From a virus, in the IMG/VR virus record IMGVR_UViG_3300046355_000046, positions 1 to 64,000 of that record: 64,000 bases of DNA. One strand, given 5' to 3'. Positions 1 through 9,337 of the stretch are shown piece by piece. Position numbers and translations under genes: made by a program. The notes beneath the pieces are model-generated. The model searched no databases. It had not been told where the DNA came from and worked only from the letters and a program-made list of their open reading frames with translations. Each line of letters starts with the position of its first letter. The stretch's first letter is position 1.

Positions 1-1041
1 GCAGCTACAATTAACAGTGACACTACTTACCGTCTACGTTTAGATGTTAAAGGTTCACCTGCGTTGCGTTTTTTAAACCACCAGTTGTACAAGACATTAG
101 ACGCTCACAGTGGTTGTGATGCTGTTACAGGTACTACTAACACAGTAGACCAAAACGTGATCTTACTTAAGTGGAAAGATCAAATTAACGAGGCTCCATT
201 GTTAAAAGACTTTGTAGTAGCTAAAGTATGGAACTTAACTACTGCTTCTGTAGCTGTTAATCCAACAGCTGGTTCTGCAACTATTGTTGTAGCTAACGCT
301 GATGCAGCTGCTTTCCAAGTTGGTGAAAAAGTTGTTTTTGCTTCTTTAGCAGGTGGTTCTCAAGTAGTTTCTGTTGGTGCAGCTGATTCAGCTGGTTCTG
401 GTAACGCAAACGTAGTTCTTTCTAAAGCAGCTGTAGCTTCTACAGATGGTAATGCTAAGATCTACTCTCAAGTAGCGACTGGTGCATATTCTCCAATCAC
501 TGTAGCTAACGATATTGCTGCTATTGATTCTCACTTAGAGATCACTGCTGCTTACGTTGAAACTAAGTTTGGTGCTTGTACTTTCACTCCAACTGATTTT
601 TATGAATTAGAGCCATTATTTATCTACACATCATTTGTAGATGAGTCTGGTGATCCTTGTGCTGTAAACGGATTTGTATCTGCAGAGATCCAAGCTCCTA
701 AGCAAGCATCTGGTTTAGGTGAGACTGTATTACGTGAGTTAATCTTAGATGGTCGTTACTTACAAAACGCATACCCTGATAGCTCTCGTGTAGATAGCTT
801 ACGTATGCGTGAGATCGAAGCTGATCCAGCTTTGGCAACTGTAAACAAGGCAGGTTTGTATGATCAAGTATTGATCTTACACAACGTACCTCGTTTCAAC
901 AACCCTTCTAGCACATTTGATAATGATCAGTATTTGATCGTAGTTCACGTACCTGCTGGTACTTCAACTAGCTCAATTACTAACTTCATTGCATCTAGTG
1001 CAAGTGCGGCTGGTAACGCAGTATCTTTAGAGACTGTATAA
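1..1041 (+). CDS. Capsid-associated structural protein (crAss-like gene-75 type), 5'-truncated by window
   Basis: Frame 1 is open from base 1 (AATINSDTTYRLRLDVKGSPALRFLN...), so the TTG at 64 is not the true start. Strong codon bias suggests high expression, and a terminator follows. Family call is from position and recalled similarity. Confidence 0.6.
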   Translation, partial: AATINSDTTYRLRLDVKGSPALRFLNHQLYKTLDAHSGCDAVTGTTNTVDQNVILLKWKDQINEAPLLKDFVVAKVWNLTTASVAVNPTAGSATIVVANADAAAFQVGEKVVFASLAGGSQVVSVGAADSAGSGNANVVLSKAAVASTDGNAKIYSQVATGAYSPITVANDIAAIDSHLEITAAYVETKFGACTFTPTDFYELEPLFIYTSFVDESGDPCAVNGFVSAEIQAPKQASGLGETVLRELILDGRYLQNAYPDSSRVDSLRMREIEADPALATVNKAGLYDQVLILHNVPRFNNPSSTFDNDQYLIVVHVPAGTSTSSITNFIASSASAAGNAVSLETV

Positions 1042-1065
1042 GGATATTAAGAATATCTAAACATC

Positions 1066-1100
1066 AAGGGAGAGGACAGATGTCCCTCCCTTTTTGTTTT
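1066..1100 (+). terminator. Rho-independent terminator
   Basis: GGGAGAGGACA-GA-TGTCCCTCCC stem-loop followed by TTTTTGTTTT, just after the stop at 1041. Confidence 0.85.
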
Positions 1101-1121
1101 TGGATAATTCCCAAAAATTTG

Positions 1122-1137
1122 GTATATTATTATTGAG
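1122..1137 (+). promoter_or_regulatory. Putative phage late-promoter motif, copy 1 (GTATATTATTATTGAG)
   Basis: Similar motif occurs intergenically at 20421, 27464 and 41239, each upstream of a + strand structural gene. Confidence 0.55.
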
Positions 1138-1159
1138 GACCTTCGTCTTTAAATTTATA

Positions 1160-1176
1160 TAAACTATTAAAGTTTA
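1160..1176. promoter_or_regulatory. Palindromic site TAAACT-N5-AGTTTA, copy 1
   Basis: Same 6-5-6 inverted repeat at 27423 and 41198. Confidence 0.55.
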
Positions 1177-1181
1177 CACTA

Positions 1182-1739
1182 ATGGCAAGCAAACATCAGC
1201 TAAGTTTAGAGCTGCCTGATACTAATAATATTAAGGTTTTACGTATATTTGATACCAGCATTTATGCTGATGGAGTTGGACAAGACTGTGGTGTTCTAAG
1301 TATCACTTCTCCAGGATTTAATCTTCCTGTAAATATTGAGATGTTACCTGGATTTAACACAACACTAACAGCCTGTACTTTAGGATTACAAAAGACAGGA
1401 TGCAGTGAAGCAGCACAACCACTTCCAGATGGTATTTATGTTATTAACTATTCTATGTCACCAAATAGTATTGTTCAGGTGGAGTATAACCATCTTCGTG
1501 TTACACAAACTGTAAATAGATATTACAATCTTTTGTGTGAGTTGGAGATGAGTGCATGTGAACCAGATGCTGATATAAAAGAAAAACTTATAGAATTAAG
1601 ATTAATAAAAAGTTTCATAGATGCTGCTAAAGCTAAGGTGGAATATTGTCATAGTCCTGAAGCTGGTATGGAACTTTTACTATACGCAAAGAAAAGATTA
1701 GATAAAATCACTAATGGTCTTTGTGGAACAAACTGTTAA
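1182..1739 (+). CDS. Conserved virion structural protein, Cys-containing (185 aa)
   Basis: Clean ORF after terminator and promoter in the structural operon. Confidence 0.6.
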   Translation: MASKHQLSLELPDTNNIKVLRIFDTSIYADGVGQDCGVLSITSPGFNLPVNIEMLPGFNTTLTACTLGLQKTGCSEAAQPLPDGIYVINYSMSPNSIVQVEYNHLRVTQTVNRYYNLLCELEMSACEPDADIKEKLIELRLIKSFIDAAKAKVEYCHSPEAGMELLLYAKKRLDKITNGLCGTNC

Positions 1740-1761
1740 ATCTCACTAAAAACCAAACATA

Positions 1762-1938
1762 ATGAGACAGTGTTCAAATTGCAATTCATCCATAACATGT
1801 GGGTGTCAAGATAGGGTAGCTTCAGATGGTAAAAGAGTTTGTGCTAATTGTATCACATCTTATGAAGCTCAAATTAAATTAGAAGCTTTAATAGCTCAAA
1901 CAAGTACTATACAGAATGAGAACTTATCTACAGAATAG
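1762..1938 (+). CDS. Small Cys-rich protein (58 aa), missing from ORF track
   Basis: Manual translation: MRQCSNCNSSITCGCQDRVASDGKRVCANCITSYEAQIKLEALIAQTSTIQNENLSTE*. It fills the gap between ORFs and has an A-rich leader. Confidence 0.75.
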   Translation: MRQCSNCNSSITCGCQDRVASDGKRVCANCITSYEAQIKLEALIAQTSTIQNENLSTE

Positions 1939-2512
1939 AGAAAAATACAATAAGCAGTTTGCTGACGTAATGCATCGTTTATACAAACAGATGCGTTATG
2001 GTGTTGACTCTTGTAAGCCAGAACAAGACAGCCAACTTATCTCTATGAGAAAAGAGTTAGTTGAATGGGAGGCTAATGAAGATGAAGGAGCTTTATCTGA
2101 AACTAAAGTTCAACTTAAAACTTGGCTTGGTGTAAAGTATGATGATGTACTATACTCTAAAGGAGGTACAGGATTCTTTATGTCTGAAGATGGCAAAGGT
2201 CCATCTGTAGGTTTAGACTATATGGGTACACAACAATCTGGTCAAAACATTATAGAGATTAACTCTGGTGGATGTATTACTAGAATTAACTTAAACCCAG
2301 CAATTACTATTAATCAAAATAGTTCTTTTGTATTTACACAACAAACACCTGCTACTATGTGGGATGTTGTTCATGGTATGAATCTAAGTCCTAATGTTAG
2401 AACAGAAGATTTAACTGGCACAGATATACAAGGAGTAATAGACTATATTGATAACAATAGACTTAAGATTTACTTTAATCAACCCGTAGCCGGTAGAGCA
2501 TATTTATCATAA
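1916..2512 (+). CDS. Virion protein with C-terminal 'WxxxHxxN..P.V' beta module
   Basis: The C-terminal ~60 aa are paralogous to the C-termini of the next two ORFs; translationally coupled to the next gene. Confidence 0.6.
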   Translation: MRTYLQNREKYNKQFADVMHRLYKQMRYGVDSCKPEQDSQLISMRKELVEWEANEDEGALSETKVQLKTWLGVKYDDVLYSKGGTGFFMSEDGKGPSVGLDYMGTQQSGQNIIEINSGGCITRINLNPAITINQNSSFVFTQQTPATMWDVVHGMNLSPNVRTEDLTGTDIQGVIDYIDNNRLKIYFNQPVAGRAYLS

Positions 2513-3039
2513 TGGCAGTACAGAAAATATACGTAGACTACGACTTTAATAAGAATAGTATTCTTAATGCTAAGTTACAACCTGTAACTACTGCAGAAAG
2601 AAATGCTTTAGCGTCTGGGTATAATTCTAATGACTCTGGTATTATTGTCTATGACACTACATTAAAAATGGTGTACTCATGGGATGGTAACCAGTGGGAT
2701 CAGGTAAGTTTATCTGATACACAACTTGCTCAAATAGCTGAGGCTTTTAATAAAACAGTGGTTGATATCACTGTAACTGCTGATAATGAAAATAGAACTA
2801 TTATTCTTACATATAGAGATACACTTTCTATACAAGAGACTTATAAGTTTTCTCATATTCATAATCAAACAGTATCATCAAATACTTGGTCTATTACTCA
2901 TAATCTAAATAAATACCCATCTGTTTCTGTAGTAGATTCTAGTAATGAAGAAGTAATTGGTGAAGTACAACATATTAATTCTAATTCATTAACAGTTAAA
3001 TTTTCTGCACCATTTAGTGGGAAAGCATTTTTAAACTAA
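2512..3039 (+). CDS. Tail/fibre-associated structural protein
   Basis: C-terminal module WSITHNLNKYPSVSVVDS...FSAPFSGKAFLN, seen in phage minor tail proteins; TAATG overlap with the previous gene. Confidence 0.6.
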   Translation: MAVQKIYVDYDFNKNSILNAKLQPVTTAERNALASGYNSNDSGIIVYDTTLKMVYSWDGNQWDQVSLSDTQLAQIAEAFNKTVVDITVTADNENRTIILTYRDTLSIQETYKFSHIHNQTVSSNTWSITHNLNKYPSVSVVDSSNEEVIGEVQHINSNSLTVKFSAPFSGKAFLN

Positions 3040-3055
3040 TTATAATACAAATACT

Positions 3056-4267
3056 ATGTCTAAAAAGTTTTTAACCAATCTGGACCTCACCCAAAACCAG
3101 ATTTTAAACGTAGCGGTTCACAACAAAGTTGGTCCACCGTCTAGTCCAGTAGTTGGTCAAATCTATTTTGACACTACACCTTCAGTTTTAAGAATGTTCT
3201 TCTGGGATGGCACCGCATGGGTGGATATGTCAGGAGATATCCAAGATGTTCTTGGTGGTGCTGGTCTTACAGCATCTACATCTGCTAATGGAGATGTAAT
3301 TACATTAGATATTAATGTAGATAGTGCTACCATTGAGATTGATAATGATAGTCTTAGAGTAAAAGATTTAGGTATTACTACTGGTAAGTTAGCTAACTCT
3401 GCAGTTACTACTGTAAAGATTAATGCTAATGCTGTAACTTTTGATAAGTTACAACAAGTTGCTAACCTAACTGTTATTGGTAATGTATCAGGAGCTACTG
3501 CTAATCCTGCAGAAGTTACTATTATTACTGATTTAGCAACTGCTTCTAGTACAACTCTTGCCACATCTCAATCCATTAAGTCATACATTGATACTAATGT
3601 AGGAAACTTAGGTAATTTAGAAGGTGGATGGGATGCTTCTTCAGGATCTTTTCCTGTAGGTTCAGCTCCTGTTGCTGGTACTAAAGCTGGTGATTACTGG
3701 TATGTAACTGTTGCTGGTACTGTAGACACTGAGCCATTTAATATTGGTGACGTAATTGTTGCTAAGATTAATGCTGCTTCTACAAGTTCTAAAGTTGACT
3801 GGATTAGATTAGAAGTTAATAGAGATCAAGCTACTACAACTGTATTAGGCTTAGTATATCTTGCTACAAATGCAGAAACTCAAACTGGTACAGATTCTAA
3901 TAAAGCAGTAACTCCTGCTAGTCTATCTTCTCGTACTGCTACAGAAACTCGTACAGGTATTGCAGAAATTGCAACACAATCAGAAACTGACACAGGTACA
4001 GATGATGCTAGAATTGTTACTCCTTTAAAGTTAAAAACTTTATTAGATAATAGAACTGGTGGTTACGCTGCAAATATTGGTGGAGCAGGTACTTCATATG
4101 CTCTATCACATGGTTTAAACACTATTGATGTAATTGTGATGATTAAAGATAACGCTACGTTAGAAGAAGTCATTACAGACGTAGTAATTACAGATGTTAA
4201 TACAGTAACTGTAAGTTTTGCAGTAGCTCCTACAGCTAATGCATATCGTGTAATCATCAAGAAATAA
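3056..4267 (+). CDS. Tail fibre/collar-like protein (403 aa)
   Basis: Repeats ATxxExxTGTDxxxxVTP typical of fibre shafts; Thr/Ala/Val-rich. Confidence 0.7.
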   Translation: MSKKFLTNLDLTQNQILNVAVHNKVGPPSSPVVGQIYFDTTPSVLRMFFWDGTAWVDMSGDIQDVLGGAGLTASTSANGDVITLDINVDSATIEIDNDSLRVKDLGITTGKLANSAVTTVKINANAVTFDKLQQVANLTVIGNVSGATANPAEVTIITDLATASSTTLATSQSIKSYIDTNVGNLGNLEGGWDASSGSFPVGSAPVAGTKAGDYWYVTVAGTVDTEPFNIGDVIVAKINAASTSSKVDWIRLEVNRDQATTTVLGLVYLATNAETQTGTDSNKAVTPASLSSRTATETRTGIAEIATQSETDTGTDDARIVTPLKLKTLLDNRTGGYAANIGGAGTSYALSHGLNTIDVIVMIKDNATLEEVITDVVITDVNTVTVSFAVAPTANAYRVIIKK

Positions 4268-4277
4268 TAAACTCTGA

Positions 4278-7200
4278 ATGAAATTTCTATCTGACATACT
4301 AGCTAAAGCTGGTCTGACAGTAGATGGTGTAGTTACACTTAACAATACTGCTACTGGTCAGACGCCTGATGCTAATGATAACTCTACCAAGTTGGCTACA
4401 ACCGCTTGGGTTAGAGGGTTTGTTACGCCTTATACTTTACCAATAGCATCTGGTACTACTCTTGGTGGTATCAAGATAGGTAGTGGTCTATCTATAGATG
4501 GGACTGGTATTGTATCTGTAGCTGCATCTGGTGTAGGAGCTATTAGAGCTTTGCAGCAGATTACTGCTACAGCAGGTCAAACAGTATTTACAGTGTCAGG
4601 TGGTTACACTCCTGGGCTTATTGATGTATTCTTAAATGGTGTATTGCTTACACCAACAGCAATTGATTCAACTAATGGTAATAGTTTTACATTAGCTGAT
4701 GGTGCAATAAATGGAGATCTTTTAGATGTCTTTGTTTACAATCCAATTTATAATGGATTTATATCTAGCACAGATCAAGTACCAGAAGGATTAATTAATT
4801 TATATTACACTGATGCTCGTGCTAGACTATCTATTAGTCTAACTACTAATGGTGTAAGTGGAACAGCAAGTTATGATAGTGGTACTGGTGTTTTAAATAT
4901 TCCAAACTATCAAGGTCTTGTTCCTGCAGGAGGCGTTTCAGGTCAATTGTTATCTAAAGTAGACGGTTCAGATTATGCTACTCAATGGATAGACGAAGCT
5001 CCCGCTGCTTCTTATACAAGTCAACTAAAACATGTAGTAAAGGCTAGTCAAGCTATTAGTAAAGGGCAAGCTGTATATGTATCATCTGGTGATGGTACAA
5101 ATATGATTGTTTCTAAAGCTTCTAATGTAACAGAAGGAACTTCTTCTAAGACAATGGGTCTTTTAGAATCTACTGTTTCTACTAATGGTTTTACAAATGT
5201 AATTACAGAGGGTTTACTTACAGGTTTAAATACAAATGGTGCTAGTGCAGGAGACCCTGTATGGCTAGGAACAGATGGTAATCTTATTTATGGATTAGTT
5301 AATAAGCCTTATGCTCCAGCTCATTTAGTTTTTATTGGTATTGTAACTAGAGCAAATGCTAATAATGGTGAGATCTTTGTAAAGGTGCAGAATGGTTTTG
5401 AAATGAGAGAACTACATGACTATGTAGAAAATGGCGTTCAAAACAACTTTGTAATATCTTATGAATCTTCTACAAGTCTTTATAAACCTAAATCTATTGC
5501 TACATTACTTGGATATACGCCAGCTAATGCAGCTAATTATGTTCCTTATACAGGAGCTACTTCTAGTTTAGATGTAGGAACTAATGATATATCAGGTAGA
5601 TATTTAAACGCTAATGGAAGTGCAGGTTTAGGTGGTGTTTTACACTTAAGACAAGATGCAACTTATTTAGCAAGAGGTATCGGTTATTCAACTATAGCTT
5701 CTTCTGGAACTTTATTTCAGTTTTTTGCATACACTGGAGCTACAACTTATAAAGATTTTGCTTTAAGATATGATGGCTTAACAAATAATACTACAAGAAT
5801 ATACACGCTTCCAGATGCTAGTGGAACGCTTGCTCTTACATCTGATATCCCATCTCTATCAGGTTATGTTCCTACAAACAGAACTTTAACCATTAACGGT
5901 ACATCTTATGATTTATCTGCTGATAGATCTTGGTCTATTGTAGCAGGATTATCTTCTTTTAATACAAGGACAGGTGATATTACTTTAACTGATACAGATG
6001 TAACAGGAGCTTTAGGATACACGCCTGTAACTAATGCACGTACTATTACAATTAATGGTACAAGTTATGATCTTACTGCAGATAGAACGTGGTTAATAGC
6101 AGCTGGTCTTACATCATTTAATACACGTACTGGAGACATTACTCTTACATCAGGAGATGTTACAACAGCTCTTGGTTATACTCCTGTAACAAATGCTAGA
6201 ACATTAACTATTAATGGAACAGCATATGATTTAGCAGCAGATCGTTCATGGACAGTAGGTGTAAATCCTTCTGCTAGAACTATTCAAACTTATACAGCAA
6301 CAGCTTCTCAAACTACTTTCACTGTAACAGGTGGATATGTAGTAGGTTTAGTAGATGTATTTATTAACGGCGTTAGATTAACATCTTCTGAATTTACAGC
6401 AACTGATGGTTCTACAGTAGTTTTAGCTAGTGGTACAGGTTTGGGTAATATTGTAGATGTAATTAAATATACATCTGCATTTACAGCTAGTAGTGCATTA
6501 AGACAAGTAAGTTATTTCACAGCTACTGCCGGACAGACTACGTTTACAGTTAACTATACTCCAGGATTAGTTGATATATTCTACAATGGATCTAAGTTAG
6601 CTTCTTCTGAATATACAGCTAGTAATGGGACAAGTATAGTGTTATCTAGTGGAGCTGCTGTTAATGATATTATTGAAGTAGTTGCTTATGCATACTCAGT
6701 AGGTGCATTTACAGGACAAGCTCAGCTTAATGGTACAGGCTTTGTAAAGGTAAGTGGTACTACAGTAAGTTATGATAATAGTACATATTTAACTACATCT
6801 AGTGCAGCTTCTACTTATTTAGCTTTAGGCGGAGGCACGCTTTCCGGAGCTTTAAATGGTACTAGTGCTACATTTAGTAGTAGAGTAACTGGTAACGGAG
6901 GGATAAGTTCTAAAGGAGGTTATGCTACTTTTGAATATAATAGTTCTGCAACTGGTCCAGTGTATCCATCTTATAATACTTATTTTGGAGCAATAGGAAC
7001 TAACTTTTCTAATGGTAACAGTGAGTTAGATATTTGGAATACTGTAGGTGGTGGTTTTGTATTTAGAAGACAGACTGGAGCCTCTGCTCAAACTGCTTTA
7101 CTTACAATAGCATCAAGTGGTGCGGCTACTTTTTCAAATAGCGTATTAGTTAAGAAAGATGGTTCAAATACAGCAAATGATGCTTTGGCATTAGTAAATG

Positions 7201-8219
7201 CTGCAGGAGATAGATATTTTAACTGGCAGTTAGATACAAGTGGTAATCTTTCTGGTTGGAGATATAATTCTGGAGTTGGATTTTTTAAATGGCTTGGGGT
7301 TGATTATACCAATGGTGCTGCTACTTTTAGTGGTAACATAATATCACAAGGTAACTATATTGATTATCAAAACACTTCATATGTAAGATTTTCAAATAGT
7401 GGTGGTGGAACTAGATGGGGTTATATACAACATAATGGTACAGATTTAACATTTAGCAATGATATAAGTGCTGGTAAGTTTACTTTTGATAAACCACTAC
7501 ATATAACTTCTTCTGGAGCTAATGGATTAATATTAAATCCAGATGCAGCAGATACAAATAATAGTGCTAGATTATTCTTGATGAGAACCGGAGGTGAAGG
7601 TTGGGTTATTATGAATAATGCTGCTAAACTTAGTATAAGAAACGGATCTGTACCAGTAAATACATCAGGAACAGAAAGATTCTCTATTTCTTCTGGTGGA
7701 GATGCTGTAGCTACTGCAACAATAACTGCTACAACAGGATATCTTGGTGGTGGAATGTATATAACATCTCAAGGTCAAGCTAATAACACACCATCGGCTG
7801 CATCTGTTAATATAGGTGTTTATGGAGGAGTATATGCTTTTATTGATTTAGCTACTCAAAACATATATGGAAGCTGGATTGATTTTAGTAAGGGGGATGG
7901 TACTGACTATGCAGGTAGAATAAGATATTGGAATCAAGATGAAAGATTTGTTTTTTATACAGCTGGTGGTGGTGAAAAAGTAGTTATTACTAGTACCGGA
8001 AATTTACTTCCAGGTGTAGATGCATCAATGAATTTAGGTTCAACTACAGCTAGATGGGCCAATGTTTATACAACTGACTTACACTTATCTAATAAAGGTA
8101 AACAAAATGATGTTGATGGTACATGGGGAGACTGGACATTGCAAGAAGGTGAACAAGATATATACATGCTTAATAATAGAAGCGGTGAAAAGTTTAAAAT
8201 AAAATTAGAAAAAGTATAA
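4278..8219 (+). CDS. Long tail fibre protein (1313 aa)
   Basis: DNSTKLATTAWV motif; three TATAxQTxFTV...DVFxNG modules; 53-aa tandem repeats; Gly/Ser/Thr-rich; C-terminal DLHLSN..NDVDGTWGDWTLQEG domain. Confidence 0.85.
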   Translation: MKFLSDILAKAGLTVDGVVTLNNTATGQTPDANDNSTKLATTAWVRGFVTPYTLPIASGTTLGGIKIGSGLSIDGTGIVSVAASGVGAIRALQQITATAGQTVFTVSGGYTPGLIDVFLNGVLLTPTAIDSTNGNSFTLADGAINGDLLDVFVYNPIYNGFISSTDQVPEGLINLYYTDARARLSISLTTNGVSGTASYDSGTGVLNIPNYQGLVPAGGVSGQLLSKVDGSDYATQWIDEAPAASYTSQLKHVVKASQAISKGQAVYVSSGDGTNMIVSKASNVTEGTSSKTMGLLESTVSTNGFTNVITEGLLTGLNTNGASAGDPVWLGTDGNLIYGLVNKPYAPAHLVFIGIVTRANANNGEIFVKVQNGFEMRELHDYVENGVQNNFVISYESSTSLYKPKSIATLLGYTPANAANYVPYTGATSSLDVGTNDISGRYLNANGSAGLGGVLHLRQDATYLARGIGYSTIASSGTLFQFFAYTGATTYKDFALRYDGLTNNTTRIYTLPDASGTLALTSDIPSLSGYVPTNRTLTINGTSYDLSADRSWSIVAGLSSFNTRTGDITLTDTDVTGALGYTPVTNARTITINGTSYDLTADRTWLIAAGLTSFNTRTGDITLTSGDVTTALGYTPVTNARTLTINGTAYDLAADRSWTVGVNPSARTIQTYTATASQTTFTVTGGYVVGLVDVFINGVRLTSSEFTATDGSTVVLASGTGLGNIVDVIKYTSAFTASSALRQVSYFTATAGQTTFTVNYTPGLVDIFYNGSKLASSEYTASNGTSIVLSSGAAVNDIIEVVAYAYSVGAFTGQAQLNGTGFVKVSGTTVSYDNSTYLTTSSAASTYLALGGGTLSGALNGTSATFSSRVTGNGGISSKGGYATFEYNSSATGPVYPSYNTYFGAIGTNFSNGNSELDIWNTVGGGFVFRRQTGASAQTALLTIASSGAATFSNSVLVKKDGSNTANDALALVNAAGDRYFNWQLDTSGNLSGWRYNSGVGFFKWLGVDYTNGAATFSGNIISQGNYIDYQNTSYVRFSNSGGGTRWGYIQHNGTDLTFSNDISAGKFTFDKPLHITSSGANGLILNPDAADTNNSARLFLMRTGGEGWVIMNNAAKLSIRNGSVPVNTSGTERFSISSGGDAVATATITATTGYLGGGMYITSQGQANNTPSAASVNIGVYGGVYAFIDLATQNIYGSWIDFSKGDGTDYAGRIRYWNQDERFVFYTAGGGEKVVITSTGNLLPGVDASMNLGSTTARWANVYTTDLHLSNKGKQNDVDGTWGDWTLQEGEQDIYMLNNRSGEKFKIKLEKV
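5871..6260 (+). repeat. Intragenic tandem repeat, 159-nt (53-aa) unit, about 2.5 copies
   Basis: Units RTxTINGTxYDLxADRxW...SFNTRTGDITLT..DVTxALGYTP begin at ~5871, 6024 and 6183. Confidence 0.85.
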
Positions 8220-8220
8220 C

Positions 8221-8937
8221 ATGCCAATAAGAACATCTTCATTACTATCATCGTCAGGTTTACCTTTAGGGTTTATGCATATACCTATACCAATTGTACA
8301 ACATAGTGCAACTAATATAGGTACAATAACTATAAATCCAAGATGGAATGATTCTACTGCTCAGACAAAACTGTTTGATTCTTCTGTAGATTATGCACCA
8401 GGTGCTGCTGCTGGAGGTAATGCATATGTTGACATAAGCTTGCCAATGTTTCCACATCACGATAGTTGGATGAATAAAGTTCATGACTCTAATTATGGAA
8501 GAAGAACAGGTACTGGTACAGCAATTAGTGATGTTGGTAGAGTTTCATTGTGGGCTCAGTTAGGTGTTGGGGATAGTCCCCATCCTGGTGAAGATTATGC
8601 TTATACTCATGTTGCAATGTTAATGAATCAAGCAGGTGCATATCACTCATATATAACTACAGGTTCCCCTACACCAAACTATGCAGAGCCAAGAACACTT
8701 GGAGGTGGAGGAAATAGTTTAGGAAGTTTTGCAAATTTTAAAGTAAGTGGACAATACTATGGTGGTGGTACTTATGGTGGATGGTATTGTTTGGCTAATT
8801 ACTCACCTGGTTTATTTGGATCTTCAGATACACTAAGAGTTATAAATTTAGGTGGGAATACAGATGCACGTAGTAGACTAAGAATTGTAGATATGGTTTA
8901 TATCATACATGGTAAACTAGGTACATCAGGAGTTTAA
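8221..8937 (+). CDS. Fibre-associated (tip/receptor-binding?) protein
   Basis: Starts 1 nt after the fibre stop codon; Gly/Tyr-rich. Confidence 0.45.
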   Translation: MPIRTSSLLSSSGLPLGFMHIPIPIVQHSATNIGTITINPRWNDSTAQTKLFDSSVDYAPGAAAGGNAYVDISLPMFPHHDSWMNKVHDSNYGRRTGTGTAISDVGRVSLWAQLGVGDSPHPGEDYAYTHVAMLMNQAGAYHSYITTGSPTPNYAEPRTLGGGGNSLGSFANFKVSGQYYGGGTYGGWYCLANYSPGLFGSSDTLRVINLGGNTDARSRLRIVDMVYIIHGKLGTSGV

Positions 8938-8948
8938 AACATATATTT

Positions 8949-9311
8949 ATGAAAATTATAGAATACGGAAACTGTATTTGGGATGGACCAAAAGAAAATA
9001 AGGGGATTTTTTGTAAAGAAGATTTAATTAAACTTAAACAAGTATATGACTTTACACAAGATCCTCCAGTATTAGTTTATACAAAAACAGATGAAGAGCT
9101 TTATATTATATGGGAACAGTCTGAAATTAATAACTTTGCACAAGAACATATCTATAAATACTACCCGTCTTGGAAACAGTCTAATGTATTAAGAGAAGGA
9201 AATGAGCAAGAGTTATTAAAGATGAGTAACTTTATAAATGCAGTTAGAGCTTGGTCTAATCAAGAGTCTCCAGATCCTTGGGATGGTAGTCTTGATATTG
9301 TAGTACCGTAA
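8949..9311 (+). CDS. Putative tail fibre assembly protein (120 aa)
   Basis: Small acidic helical protein (YYPSWKQSN...FINAVRAWSN) following the fibre genes. Confidence 0.45.
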   Translation: MKIIEYGNCIWDGPKENKGIFCKEDLIKLKQVYDFTQDPPVLVYTKTDEELYIIWEQSEINNFAQEHIYKYYPSWKQSNVLREGNEQELLKMSNFINAVRAWSNQESPDPWDGSLDIVVP

Positions 9312-9337
9312 ATAAAACATTAAGATTAATATAGCAA

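Noticed and set aside
1-1041. Calling the first ORF the major capsid protein
   Set aside because: It is truncated and I cannot recognise HK97-fold MCP features; it fits an auxiliary capsid protein better. Terminase, portal and MCP appear to lie outside the window.
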